Source: Vermamoeba vermiformis (lineage: Eukaryota). Taken from it: DNA of 64,000 bases. Position numbers and translations under genes: made by a program. The notes under the pieces were generated by a model that saw only the letters and a list, made by a program, of their open reading frames with translations, was not told the origin of the DNA and made no database searches. Every line of letters starts with the position of its first letter. The first letter of the stretch is position 1. Positions 13,867 to 26,000 of this stretch are shown here, one piece after another. Where the stretch lies: positions 1 through 64,000 of the forward strand of contig JBEWZL010000204.1 of NCBI GenBank assembly GCA_045837725.1, read 5' to 3'.

Positions 13867-15871
13867 TTACAATTCGGCATTTCCAGTCGTCGAGCTGGTA
13901 GTGTCGCCACCAACGGCAGTAACAGCAGTCTTATTTGAAGTATTAGATGCTGATGAACCACCTTCTGGCGGAATATCGAACAAGAATATGCGACAGAAGG
14001 AGTCGAATAATAATAAAGCGACTAAGAAGTAGACTGTAACGATCTGCGTTTCTGGATCCGAACTTAACAGGGCAAAAGCAATCGCTGCAATTATTGCAGC
14101 AAATCTTGATGCTGCGTTCATAATCATCTTAGCATTCACCTTAAATATTCCAGTCAGTAACTTTCTAAGAAAAGAATACCAAATCCGGATCCAGTACACG
14201 GTTTGGAAATTGTTTGATCTAATGCTTACTCTATTCAATCGAGCGACTTTTCTAAGTTTTTGAGCATCGCGCATGCGTTTAGCAATCTGAATAGCAGTTA
14301 CAATGTAGAAGATCAAGAAAGCTGTCGAGATCACCAAGTAGACGATAGTGATGGGCAAAGTAGGACCAAAATCCAAGTAGTAGCTCGATATAGTAAGCGT
14401 AATATCCAGCGCAATCATAGCATAGCATAATTACGAAGAATGGAATTTTCAACCGATTCAAAAACATGTGGATCTTGATCGATGAATCGCTAATAATTTC
14501 GTGCCTATTATAAACGCTTATATTAATCCCCTATATTGCTACTTGTATCATATTAATCTTTACATACCAATAGAAAGTGACCAAGACGAATGTAGCGGTT
14601 CCAAAAGGCAAAGCAGCAGCATTAGCGTAATTGCTAAAAACAGTCGGGAGAACTTGATAGCAGCCCAAGGGATCGACTATTGTGGACAGTATTCTCCCTA
14701 CTTGAAGAATTAGACATCGATTAGCGAAGAAAAAAACTCGATCAGATCCGAAGTTAATGGCGGATGTTCAAAACAAATTTTCGTTTTAAAACTTATTCTG
14801 CGTATATATGGTACTTACATATATTAGCGATGATCTCAAGAGCGAGACAGACTTGCGGCACATTGAAGTGCGAGCCTTGTCGCTTGACAAACATAATCAA
14901 CTTCCATAAAGCAAAGCCAATCAAACCAATCGAAGCCGCGCCACAAATACTTCGCATAAATACAATAGTCGCGATGCTGATGAACGCCTTGCTCCAGGGA
15001 TTGCCTAATAAGGAAAGTGACTTTTAGTTTAATCCAATGGCTTTTAATGTGCTTCACTGAATCGATCTGATAAGCGGAGTGTGCTGCGATGTAATTCCAG
15101 CTGAAAAATTCGTTTTGACACGTGTCAATCGGAAAAATTTAAATTTTTGCAATCACATAAAACGCCGCTGTACTGTGTTTCTAGATGGTATATAAATTGG
15201 ATAATATACCTTCAGACGTTAATGTAATGACGATTTCATATCCTTCAGTCATCTGCATCAGCACCGGTTCAAACTCTTGAATTTTTACTCCAGCGACGTG
15301 AATCTGGATCTCTGAAGCATCCTGGCCAGTGTAAGAGCAATATTCTCTACCAGGTATTTCTATAGTTAATAATATTAGCATTAATCAAAGGGTGCTATCG
15401 CTTTTTACAAAACTTTGCGGATGTCAGACGTAAAATCAAGGAAACATTTGTTGAGCCCAAGCTCTCGTTATAAAATCTGATATTACTTATTCATATGCTT
15501 TCGATACGTACTTGAACCAGTACCGTGAATAACAGCGATTGCACCGCGATCTTTCAGGGCGATGACTTTGCCCCATAACTCGCGCTTGGGCAGGTCTTCA
15601 ATATAAACTATTTTGCCATTCACATCTTCAACTGTCTCGTAAACGAGGAGGCCTGTGATAGGCTCGAAGTTGGTGTCATAATCATCTCCTGTAAGACAGC
15701 AAAAATTAGTTGAAAGTGCTGGGGTACAGCGGATGTGTCCACGTTACCTCTCCTGTAGATCTCAGCCGATCGATAAGAAGTGCCATTTAATGGCCCTGAT
15801 TCTATAAGTACATTTGCGTGGATGCATCCTAACGTTGCTAGTAGCAACAAGTAAGCAAAGGCGGATCGCAT
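13867..15871 (-). CDS. Signal peptide + PA-like extracellular domain + multi-pass (about 7 TM, GPCR-like) membrane protein
   Basis: Signal MRSAFAYLLLLATLGCIHA; PA-like segment DVNGKIVYI...KVIALKDRGAIAVIH; then GNPWSKAF followed by successive hydrophobic helices and a Ser/Thr-rich tail. Confidence 0.7.
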
Positions 15872-16652
15872 ATGACTTTTGGCTTTGGTTTAAAAACAGA
15901 TAATACAAGACTCGTGGTCTTGCTATCAATCAGATAAATAATAATACTGATAAAATTGCAAAATTTACGTAGATTTATCCCCTGTCAAATATTCCGCGTG
16001 TCAAACTACTTTTCAATGTCAATCAAAGTTCCTTGTTTGTATTAATTTAATTTCACGTTCTGTGCGAAGAGACAAATCTAAATTCATCCGTATGACACAC
16101 AATGAAACAAATATAATGAGAAAAACTCTTCGACCAAGCAAATCGAGGTCAGTAGTAGAAACTAGATTCGGTACTGAAACTAGCCTTCTCAAAAATATCA
16201 TATTTTTTTAGCTTAAACAAGGTATATATCGATTCCAATCAGTGCTAAAGTCAGCGATTCTAGAATTTTTAAAAACTGAAGTATGAAAACCTGTAACGTA
16301 CAATGAAATGTTTAGAAATTTCAGTCTTTAAAAGAAGATTTAAATTGTCATTGCGCGTTGCATCAAAATAAATAAAAATTATTACGTTTTCGGCGATTAA
16401 TGGCTCCGCTCGTAAGAATTGAAGCGTGCAAGCGGCATTTGCAATGCAATTTCAAATTAAATTCATGCTACTGAATTCCAAAACAAAAAGATATGAGTAG
16501 AGCGTAAACAATTAATTGTTCGACATTATTAAATAAACGATTTTTAAAATAATTGAAGTTTATGGTAAAGTGTACCTGCACCTAAAAATAGCGCAAATCA
16601 CCAACTCCTCGTCCTCCGAAGGTTCACCACTAATGAAGATACGCGCTTAGCA

Positions 16653-19600
16653 TTATTTTTGTGACGCAAGAGCGCGGCAATCACGAGCACGAATTAAATC
16701 ATCGAGCTCTTCTTTGAGAAGTGACTGCAACACCTTCTCTTTGTCCGCATCCAGCTCCGAAAGTAATTGCTTGACACGCTCGATCAATGCAGGCTCTTCA
16801 GGGTAGAATGGGAAGAACTATAATACAATGGGGTAAGTTGATGTAAAGAAGTACGTTTGTAGCGGATGTATCTCGATCGATCAGATCGCAAAAAAATTCC
16901 GTGGTGGAGTTATTCGACTTACGGAGCTAAAGAAGGCATTGGCGAATTCTTTTTCTCTGTTCTTGAATACATTTCGCACGTTAGCAAAGAACAGGTCAGT
17001 ATATTGTCGCAATAATTCGTCTTGGTGTTCCCAACGGAATCCGCTCATTTCTGCAACCACCTCATTAGCTCATCTTCCTAAAAACCGTGTATAATATTAC
17101 TCACCAGCTTCTAATTGCCAAACAGAAACACCTTCGCATTGTTGGGTGCTCAAGAATCGTTCCCAAGCCCGCTGTTTGACAGCTGCGTCCCATCGAGAAA
17201 ACTCCGCTGTACGCACCATACGATCTCCGACATCACTAAGACAGTATGAGATTAGTATTGCATAACATATTGAAAGCAATTACACGTGTCTAATAGGTAC
17301 CTGTTATCGCGTGCCTTCTCCTTCTGGAGAAGTTGGCTAGCAGATTCGACCGACCAAGCAACAGCACGAACAACAATACGCCATCTGTGCGTTTGATTGA
17401 ATGCGTAGTGCGCGCTAGGCTTGCCTTCGTGTTTTTCTAAGACTTCAACGAGCTTCAAAACACTTTGCTTGGATTCAGCGAAGCTGATCAAGTTATCTAC
17501 GTAAAGTAATCATGTTAGCAAACTAAAATAATCATTCTTTGTTAGTACAATTTGTGTTAATTAATAATGTGCCGTAATAAGCCACGACTAGTCCTTAAAA
17601 GTATCGATCTGAATATCAATATTGACTGCATCCACAAAAAGCAAAAAGAAAGTGATTGCGTATCGCGCATCCTGCGGCAAAGACTACCAGACCTGCGTCG
17701 CAGGCCCAGTAGCCTTAAGTCCGAAGTATAGAAGTTTTCTTTGTGGTGTGGTAGTTTTTTTGACTCATTGATGAACAACAATAATAATAAACGATGAAGC
17801 GCGGTTACAGGGCACCTTCTCAAAAAATGTAGTGTAGAACAAAGCACTTTGTTTTGGGCCACATGTTTGTTTACGAAAAATTATGGTATTAAGCACCACC
17901 CACAAAAATAAAGAATCAATCTCGGAATTAAAAATTTTGTGGGTGAAACTGAGTAAAATAATTCACTTGTTTTGTACGTTTAATAAGGCGCCTGAAAGAG
18001 AGAAAAAATAACGATTTTTTTTGTACTAAAGATCGCGAACCAAAATTTTTGAAGATTTGCTCGGATTTTGGTTAAAAAAAAAAGGTAGTAGGCCCGGGTG
18101 CGAGTTACACGCACATCCACTCGAATTATCCTCTTCAAACATATAAGTTGTTGGAATCACCTAAGTGACAGACGAGGGGGCTATTATTGCCCAACGCAGG
18201 CCTACGTCCCGACAAGAGCCAAATTTGTGGCTTAACTGCAACCACTAAAATCTGATTGCTAATTGTTATGGTTCTCGTTGGAGGCAGCATCGCGAACGCG
18301 TAAATTTGTGGACAGAAATATTTGAGAAAATTGAAGGGTTTGTTGCGCGAGGATGATATGCTTGCACTTACCAGCCCAAATGATCTGGAAGTCCTTGTCC
18401 GTGGCAGTTTGAATTTGAGTCCAGCAGAAATCGAACAATTTGTCCGAGTAAGTCTCGTGCAAGGCACGCGGCATGAAAGTCGTAGCTGCAACGCTGCATC
18501 GGCGCATAACAGCTTGTACGAGCTTAGAGTCTGTTTCTTTGCCCAATTGGCTCAAGACCTGCACGTAAAGGGAGTTAGTTAGGTCCGGGTAACGATCGAA
18601 TCTGGCGTCAAATCCGCTTTGGTTTGTTTTGCGTTAATAGATCGTACTATCGGTTATAATATTTGCAAAACAACCGCATCAAGATAAGGGCATTGGTTAC
18701 GTACCAGATCCACGTAGTTAGTGCTCTTCAACTTGCAGTCGCGAACCATCACGTAGAACGAAGCCCACAACAATTGTCGCAACAAATCGTCTTCGAATTC
18801 GTTCAAATGAGCACGAACAAATGCCTCAGACTTTTCGTCCAACAAACACTTGGCGAATCCGTGGTCGTTGTAGTTAATGTACACGAAGGCAGGTTCAGTT
18901 TCACCAGCCAATACAGAGAGCTCAGTATCGACTTGTGGCAGCACATCAATCTCGTACTTCTTGCGCAAGGTAACCTTGCTGTTGTTGTAGTCGAATAACG
19001 AGACCTCTAAGTGGTGCTTGCGAAGAGTCGGATGTTCGGTGGGTGCGGTCTAAAAGTGATTGAAAACGTTGATTAGAATACGCAGTACTATACAATAAGA
19101 TTATAAGACTTACTTGATGCACGCAGAACTTGTGGATCTTGCCGTGCTGGCACTCGAACACTGGATTCAAAGTGTTAAGTCCAGCAGTCTGCAGCCACTC
19201 CTTTGACCATTCGTGAGCGTTGAACACTCCCTTTCGACCACTTTCAACAGCACCGTGCTCAAGAGCCTCCAAAAAGTCCTAGCGAGTTCAAAAAAAATGA
19301 GCAAAAGTCACGTGTCGCGGCTGCACATCCGCTACTTACTCCAATAGTGGTGTTCTTCCATTGATATTTCTTGAAGTAGTATACCATGCCGAGCTTGAAG
19401 CCTTGCACGCCAACAATGCTCACCAGTTGTTTCAACAAAGAAGCACCTTTGCCGTAAGTAATTCCGTCAAAGTTCAACAAGGTCTGATCTGTGTCAGCGA
19501 CTTCTCCTTGAATGGGATGGGTAGTGCTCAATTGATCCTCACTAATATTATGATATTGTTAGTGTACAAAAGCTTGCCATTAAGAGAGCACGAAATCACT

Positions 19601-21274
19601 AACGAATCTGATCTGATCTAAATCCAGGATCAAGTTTTGGAGCCTTACCGATAAGCCCATTCCTTCATCGTGCTGTTAAACACTTGCCAAGCAATTTGTC
19701 CAAACTTGGTAGCCTCGCAAACGCAGTGAGCAGCCCTTGAAAAGTTACAGATTCGTCAAAAAGCACGTTACATAAAAATTGACTCATTTGTGGTGCATTG
19801 CAATAGTTCAACTTACATATAGGTAGCAAATGACTCGTTGAGCCACAATCCGTCCCACCAAACCGGTGTGACAAGATTTCCGAACCACATGTGAGCCATC
19901 TCGTGCAAGATGGTGTCGGCTCTGTTGGCACGTGCGTAAGTTGTTGGGGTCTCCTTAAAAGTATAGTGCTCGTTGAAGGTCACGAGACCAATGTTTTCCA
20001 TAGCACCCTGTGCGCATAATAGTTAATATAGGATCAATAGAGGTTGCGCAATATGATGGTGGACACGTGCCTGGTTAAACTCGGGAGCGAAGACTTGATC
20101 GTACTTAGTGAATGGATACTTGTAGTCGAAGAACTCGCCGTAGAACTTGAAGCCTTGTTTGGTAATCTCGAAGATTTCTTGGTGCTCCAAGTGCTTGGCT
20201 TGAGATCTGTCACGCGACCAATGTCAATACTTTGTATAAACTACTAATGCACTATAGTAACGTACTTGCGGGCATAGAGACCAAGAGGGATTTCACCGTT
20301 GTTGTAAGAGTCGTGCCACTCTTCATAAGGACCAGCAACAATCGCGAACAAGTAGGTGCTCATTAACGGTGTCACTTGATAGGTGTGCACGGTGAAGTCG
20401 CCTTCAGCCTTGCTCGACACGCACTTGTCGTTGGCAAGAATCTTCCATTCAGTAGGACCTCGAATAGTAACGGCAAAGCGACCCTAAGGCACGTTAAGTA
20501 CACGGATCGAGCTGACACGTGTATGCTGTTACTCACCTTAATATTCGGTTGATCGAAGCACGGCAATAATCTATGAGCGTCAAAAGGCTCGAAGTTGGTG
20601 TAAAGATATTCCTGCAAGCTATTATTAGTTCACCCTCGATATTATTTTTAGATCTTAAGATTTTCTCAAACGCTAAAGGCTCAATAAAGTGCCACAATAA
20701 ATATCAGCGTACCTGCTTATCTTCGGGGTCAATAAATTGATGGAAACCAGCACCGTCGTGGTTAAAATCATTGACATAAATGATGTGCATCTGGTTCTTT
20801 TCACCTGACTTCAAAATTGAGTCCTTCAAGTGAATTCTGTTGCCGTGGAAAGCACTCTTATCGACATCAGCACCATTTACCGCTAAAGTGTGAATCGTTA
20901 GAAAAAAGTTGGATTCAAAACTAAAATTTGAAATTGAAATAATTTATAGCGCCAATTCGTCGGCATATAATTACAATTACGTGCCCTTAATGTGTTATAA
21001 TGCTAAGTAAAATGATTTCTGAAATTTTTCAAAAATACTTACAGAGCTTTTCAATAGTCTTGCCAACAAAATCAAAGAACAGCTCGTCGGTCTCAGCAAC
21101 TTTAGTGAATGTAAAAGAGACGGTCAGATCTGCTTTGTAAGTCTCAGAACCCTTTTCCAAGAACAAATGGAAGTCGTAGTGAACATCTGAAACTTGCTTG
21201 GCACGGATGTTGGCTTCCTTTTCGGACAGCACATTAGGTGCCTTATCGGCAGTATTGTCGTGATCTTTTTCCAT
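16653..21274 (-). CDS. pepN: M1 family aminopeptidase N (bacterial PepN-like, with ERAP1-like C-terminal region)
   Basis: [24 protein letters not shown], zinc motif [13 protein letters not shown]...[26 protein letters not shown]; stop after ...RALASQK at 16653. Confidence 0.95.
17636..17716 (-). ncRNA. Candidate intronic RNA hairpin (17-bp stem, small second hairpin, U-rich tail)
   Basis: AAGGCUACUGGGCCUGC-GAC-GCAGGUCUGGUAGUCUU pairs fully using four G-U wobbles, which works only on the minus strand. Confidence 0.4.
18074..18205 (-). ncRNA. Candidate intronic structured ncRNA (~118-nt multi-helix fold followed by a U10 tract)
   Basis: 9-bp terminal stem GUAGGCCUG/CGGGCCUAC with a U-G wobble on the minus strand; internal hairpins GGGC/GCCC, CCUC/GAGG, UCAC/GUGA, GUGCG/CGCAC; T10 just downstream. 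Confidence 0.5.
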
Positions 21275-21376
21275 TGCGTATGGTGGTTCCAACGGTAATG
21301 TCGAATAAAAATAGAAAAAACCAAAAACTTTTCAAACCAACACAAGAATCACAGCGGTATTCTTTATTAAATAACC

Positions 21377-22879
21377 ATGCTACGTAATTTACTTGGCCGG
21401 ACAGTACGTCGATCAGGTGCTTACTTTGCTCGAGCGTCAAATGTTTTTGGGCGGCAATCGCCATCTGAAAGGTAGGAAACGATAAATTGCTGAAAAAATG
21501 GATTTTTAATCATATTAATAATATTATCATAATATACGGTAGGATGATAATGACTTTCAAGCAAATGGAAAATATTTACGAAATTGAAAATAATTTTTTC
21601 GTCTTCCCTAGATCTCTAATGAACGAAAGAACCGAGTACGATACGCTATTTTCATTTAACAAAAGCAAGGTAACAAAACCAATTTTTCATCGTGCAATGG
21701 CAATGACCTCACAAAGTATGTTGTTAGATTCATGAACGCCACGGTGGAGGAGGTGGCGGCGGTGGTAGCAGCGGTGGATCAACGAGTCATTCTTCAACAC
21801 CTATATATTTTCGCACCAATACTAACAGTGGTAACAATGAAAATCGTCCTCCAGAAGATCCTGAAACAGTGAAGCAGGGCAATAGAATGTTTTGGGCTTT
21901 ATTTACTGCTATGGCCGCATTCATGATATATAATATGGCTACTGCTACACCTGTTGAAGATCAGCGCGAACGAGCAAAAAAAGCAAATGATTTTTTGAAA
22001 CAGAATCCGCCCAAGAAATATCGCTTGAACACTGAAGTACGCGAAATTATTATGTCAGCCAATTTATTAATATTATTGTAGGAACAAATCAATTTACAAG
22101 AACGAAGATTGCGAGCTTGGAAAATTGCGGATCTGGATGTCAGTCAGGCTGAGTCTGTTGGAGCTAAAGTTCGCGTAGACTATAAAATTAAGGAAGTTCC
22201 TGATGGTTCACAAATCAAAGTGAAAAAAACAAACGGAGATGTCTCGTTCCAATCGAACTACCCTTTGATCCCGATCACTACGAACGATTACTTCGAAGTA
22301 AGGAAATTTCATATTCTATTATTTAACCTTATATAAGCGAGTATAAATGATTACCAGATATGCGCTAATAGCGATTTTTGTCTTCAGGTTATCGTTGATT
22401 ACAAGCCGAAGGACAGTGTAGCGGCTGTTGGCCTCGCTACAAAGCCTTATCCTGCATTTAGATTGCCTGGTTGGGATCAAATGTCTATCGGATACCATGG
22501 TGCGTAATATCTATTTGATAATAGAACATAATTTTGGGTGCGAATCTGGGATCTAAAATAATTTTTGGATGCAGGCGACGATGGCCACAAATTTGTTAAT
22601 AATAATGAAGGTGGTGATCCATATGGCCCTACTTTTGGTGAGCGAGATGTCGTTGGCTGCGGCATTGAATGCAAAGATGAAGATCAAAGAGATTGCGCCG
22701 TATACTTTACTTTGAACGGTCTTCGCTTGGACAACGCTACAAATCATTTGAATCACGTGGAGTATGGATATTTTCCCACGGTTGGTTGTTTCGGAGCTTG
22801 CGAGCTCACGGTCAATTTCGGTCAAACTCCGTTCAGATATTACAAGCGACGAAGCTACTCTAATGAAGATTCTATTTAA
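21377..22879 (+). CDS. SPRY-domain (Ssh4/Ear1-like) single-pass membrane protein with a putative mitochondrial presequence
   Basis: Spliced MLRNLLGRTVRRSGAYFARAS..., poly-Gly linker, TM MFWALFTAMAAFMIYNMA, SPRY motifs DYFEV, VGLATKPYPAFRLPGW, IGYHGDDGHKF, YGPTFGERDVVGCG, VNFGQTPFRY. Confidence 0.85.
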
Positions 22880-23034
22880 GAAGATATTTAACGATTATAT
22901 TGGACGTTGGCATTTCGCTAAATATTTTTTGTGATCCGGATCGGATAAACTAACCTGGAAATTTGGTTGAAAATTGGTTGCTTTTATTTTTGGCTGTTAA
23001 GATTTTGGTCATTAGTTACTTAATTTTCTGAACT

Positions 23035-26000
23035 ATGGCGCAACAAGACATATTGGCTCACATTCAGACTTTGCAAAGCGAGCTGCAACTTCTGCAACAC
23101 CTTGTGGAAAGTCCTGACTTGACCTCCGCTGGCGAACAAGGTATAATATAATTAATCAGACAATTGTTCGAAATTTTAATATTGCTCAATAATTTTCGAG
23201 TGCCAAGTCAAATTTTTTGAGATCTTTTATGACACGCAAAAAATCTTTTTCGTATTCAATCCCTTTCCCTCATTTAAATAGGTATATTATTAATAATAAT
23301 ATTTAGTGTCAATTTTGCTTGGTCCTGTTATCGGCAAAGTCACTGCCACCTCGGCAATTATTTTGCTTGAAGTTGATCGCGAGGCTGAAGTCGTCTGTCA
23401 CCTTCATGCCAGCCCTAGTGGTCAAAAAGTAGCCACTTTGGCGCAAAAGATGCCTGCTAGCAAACCTAAAGTAAGAACTTCATACTCGATCAAGATCACA
23501 AAGATATTTTGTTGACCATAATTTGCCGAAAATCTTTGTAACGCTTCAAAATCTGTTGATTTATGGTATTTATATGTTTATTATCATAGGCGTTCGTATT
23601 TAAGAACTTGCCAGCTGCAACCAAGTTGGTTGTTTCTTTTACCGGAGTGAAACGCCGGGATGCGGCCACTAGAATTGGTCGATTTACTACGCCTGCTAAA
23701 GATTACAATGGTTTACAAGTAAGTTAATATACCGTCAACAGCTCCGATGCTCGTAATTATTAATAGAGTTAATTTCTAAGGCCGATCTATTTTTAAGTAT
23801 TAATTGTTTATCTTGTAGATTGTTGCTGTTAGCTGCGATCGTAGCGAACGATTGTTAGAGGGTCAAATGAATTTATGGCAAAAGCTTTTGTCTAACGTTC
23901 GAAAAGGAGGCAGTAAGTTACGGATCCAAAAAGATTTTCCGGATTTGAATTTCGCCGGATAAATTTGGATAAATATCTAATAATTGCATGCAGTCGATTT
24001 GATGCTCCATTTGGGAGATCAGGTCTATTTGGGCCCTGGCTTCACTAACGCCATGATCAAACTCCGAAGATCGAACTACAGCCAAATGTCTGCTTTGGAA
24101 AAGGAAGATTTTCATGAAAATCTTCGCAATACCCTCCGAGACATTTACAGATTCAATTGGAACTTGCCTCACTTGCGTGAAGTCCTAGCTGAAGTTCCTC
24201 ATCTCATGATCTGGAGTGACAACGACATTTACAATGATTTTACCTTTGGAACCGTTGACGGAGTAGTATTGTAAGTATACCCTATATTTAGCTTTCGTAT
24301 TTCACTCAAGATACCTGGTAGAATTTTAAATAATGAATGGAAATTGAAATTGAGATGCATCATGATTTAACACTAAATTAAATGTATATTAGGCCTCCAT
24401 TATTGTTGAGATTAGGCCACGAAGTCTATCGCGAATATCAACGTCAATTATGGGACCCTCATTTCGAACAACACGTTGGCAAAGACACCGATGAGTTCCA
24501 TTACCATCAGTACGGAGAGCTTGGCGTATTGTTCGTTGATATGCGTGGCAATAGGTAAATATATAAATATGACACTATTTAAACATAATTATTAATTAAT
24601 TAATTTTTTTTCAGAATTACTCCTGAAGGCCGTACTTTGCCCAACAATCCTGTTGTTAGCAGCAACCAATGGACTTTCATTAAGCGATGCCTTTCATCTC
24701 CTAATCTGAAGAGTACGTTATGATACTAGTTATTTATATTATGGAGCGTTCCATACTAACTTTTGAGTGCAGATCTGATTGTCGCAGCTGAAATTCCATT
24801 CGTCGGAGATACTCCGGAAGACGCTGAAAAGAAGGCCAAGGAACCTAAACTCGAGTTCATTAAAGACCACTGGTCTTATAACTCAACCGAGTTGATCAAG
24901 TTCCTCGACACCACTTTTACTTGGAAGAGCGAAGATCCGTCTCGTGAAGTCTTGTTGCTCGGAGGTACGTCCGATATAACTTTGTAACTATTTTTACTGA
25001 TGTTAACGCAGGTGACATTCACGTCGGTGTGGACACCACGATCAAGGACACCAAGACGGGCCTAGTCATTCGTCAGTTGACCACGACACCCATCACAAAT
25101 CACGTGTGCGAATTTTTCCCTTCGTTGACTGGCACTATTGACAATAGATTCCAGTACAAGCACATTGTATACAACGAGAGAAATTACGGTAAGGATTACA
25201 TAGAATGCCGTATAAAGGTACTAATATTTATTTTCTTTAATGTTTAGGTCTTATCTTATTCAACAACAAAAAGAATCCTCGACTCGAATCTCTCATTGTT
25301 GGCACGCATCGCAGTCACGTGATCGGTAAGCTCTATTTTTGCCTTATTAGGAAAATCTCGTTCATATACTAACTTATCTATGTAGCTACCGTTGGTCCTG
25401 TTGTCGGTGACGTCACTTCCAGCTCGGCAATTGTGTTGTTAGAAGTCAATGAACGTGCGCCAGTGACGTGCGTCTTGACCGACAAAATTACCAAAAAGAA
25501 GTTCCTCGTGTCACAAGAGATGCCTGCGAACAAGCCGAAAGTGTTCCACTTCAAGAAGTTGGACCCTGATCGTCGTTACTTGATCACTTTTGAAGGCGTT
25601 AAGAACCCTGAAGAGCGTGTTGGTACTTTGACAACGCTTCCCGCAAAGATTAGCAAAGTTGGTAAGTTTTTTGTTTATCATCCGAAATTTCACTCGTTAA
25701 TTGTTTCTCCAGACTTTGTTGCTGTTTCTTGCGATCGCCCCGAGCGCTTGAAAGAAGGTGAAGAAAATTTATGGGTCACTATTGGCAACTTGATCCAAAA
25801 GCCTGGCCGCAAAGTCGATGTCATGCTGCATCTTGGAGACCAAGTCTACATGCACCAGTACTTCACCGATGCTATGGTCATGTTGCGCCGACACGCTGGT
25901 CTCGCCCTTAACGCTACTCAGACCGCTGAACTCCACGAGAAGATTCGCAACCGATTGCGCGAGGCTTACAGATTCAACTGGAACTTGCCTGGCACCAAAG

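Noticed and set aside
18088-18205. 5S rRNA or canonical tRNA-Asp call for the intronic element
   Set aside because: Length and CUCGUCUG/UGGAUG resemble 5S, but GAAC and GUUAGUA are absent; the tRNA D-loop GG and TTCRA are absent.
17636-18205. TPP riboswitch or hammerhead/HDV/twister ribozyme
   Set aside because: No CUGAGA/ACCUGA, no CUGANGA..GAAA core, and the HDV P1/P3 order cannot be formed by eye.
21243-21464. Minus-strand ORF MAIAAQKH as an upstream exon of pepN
   Set aside because: It is antisense to the better-supported first exon of the SPRY gene, and I found no suitable acceptor.
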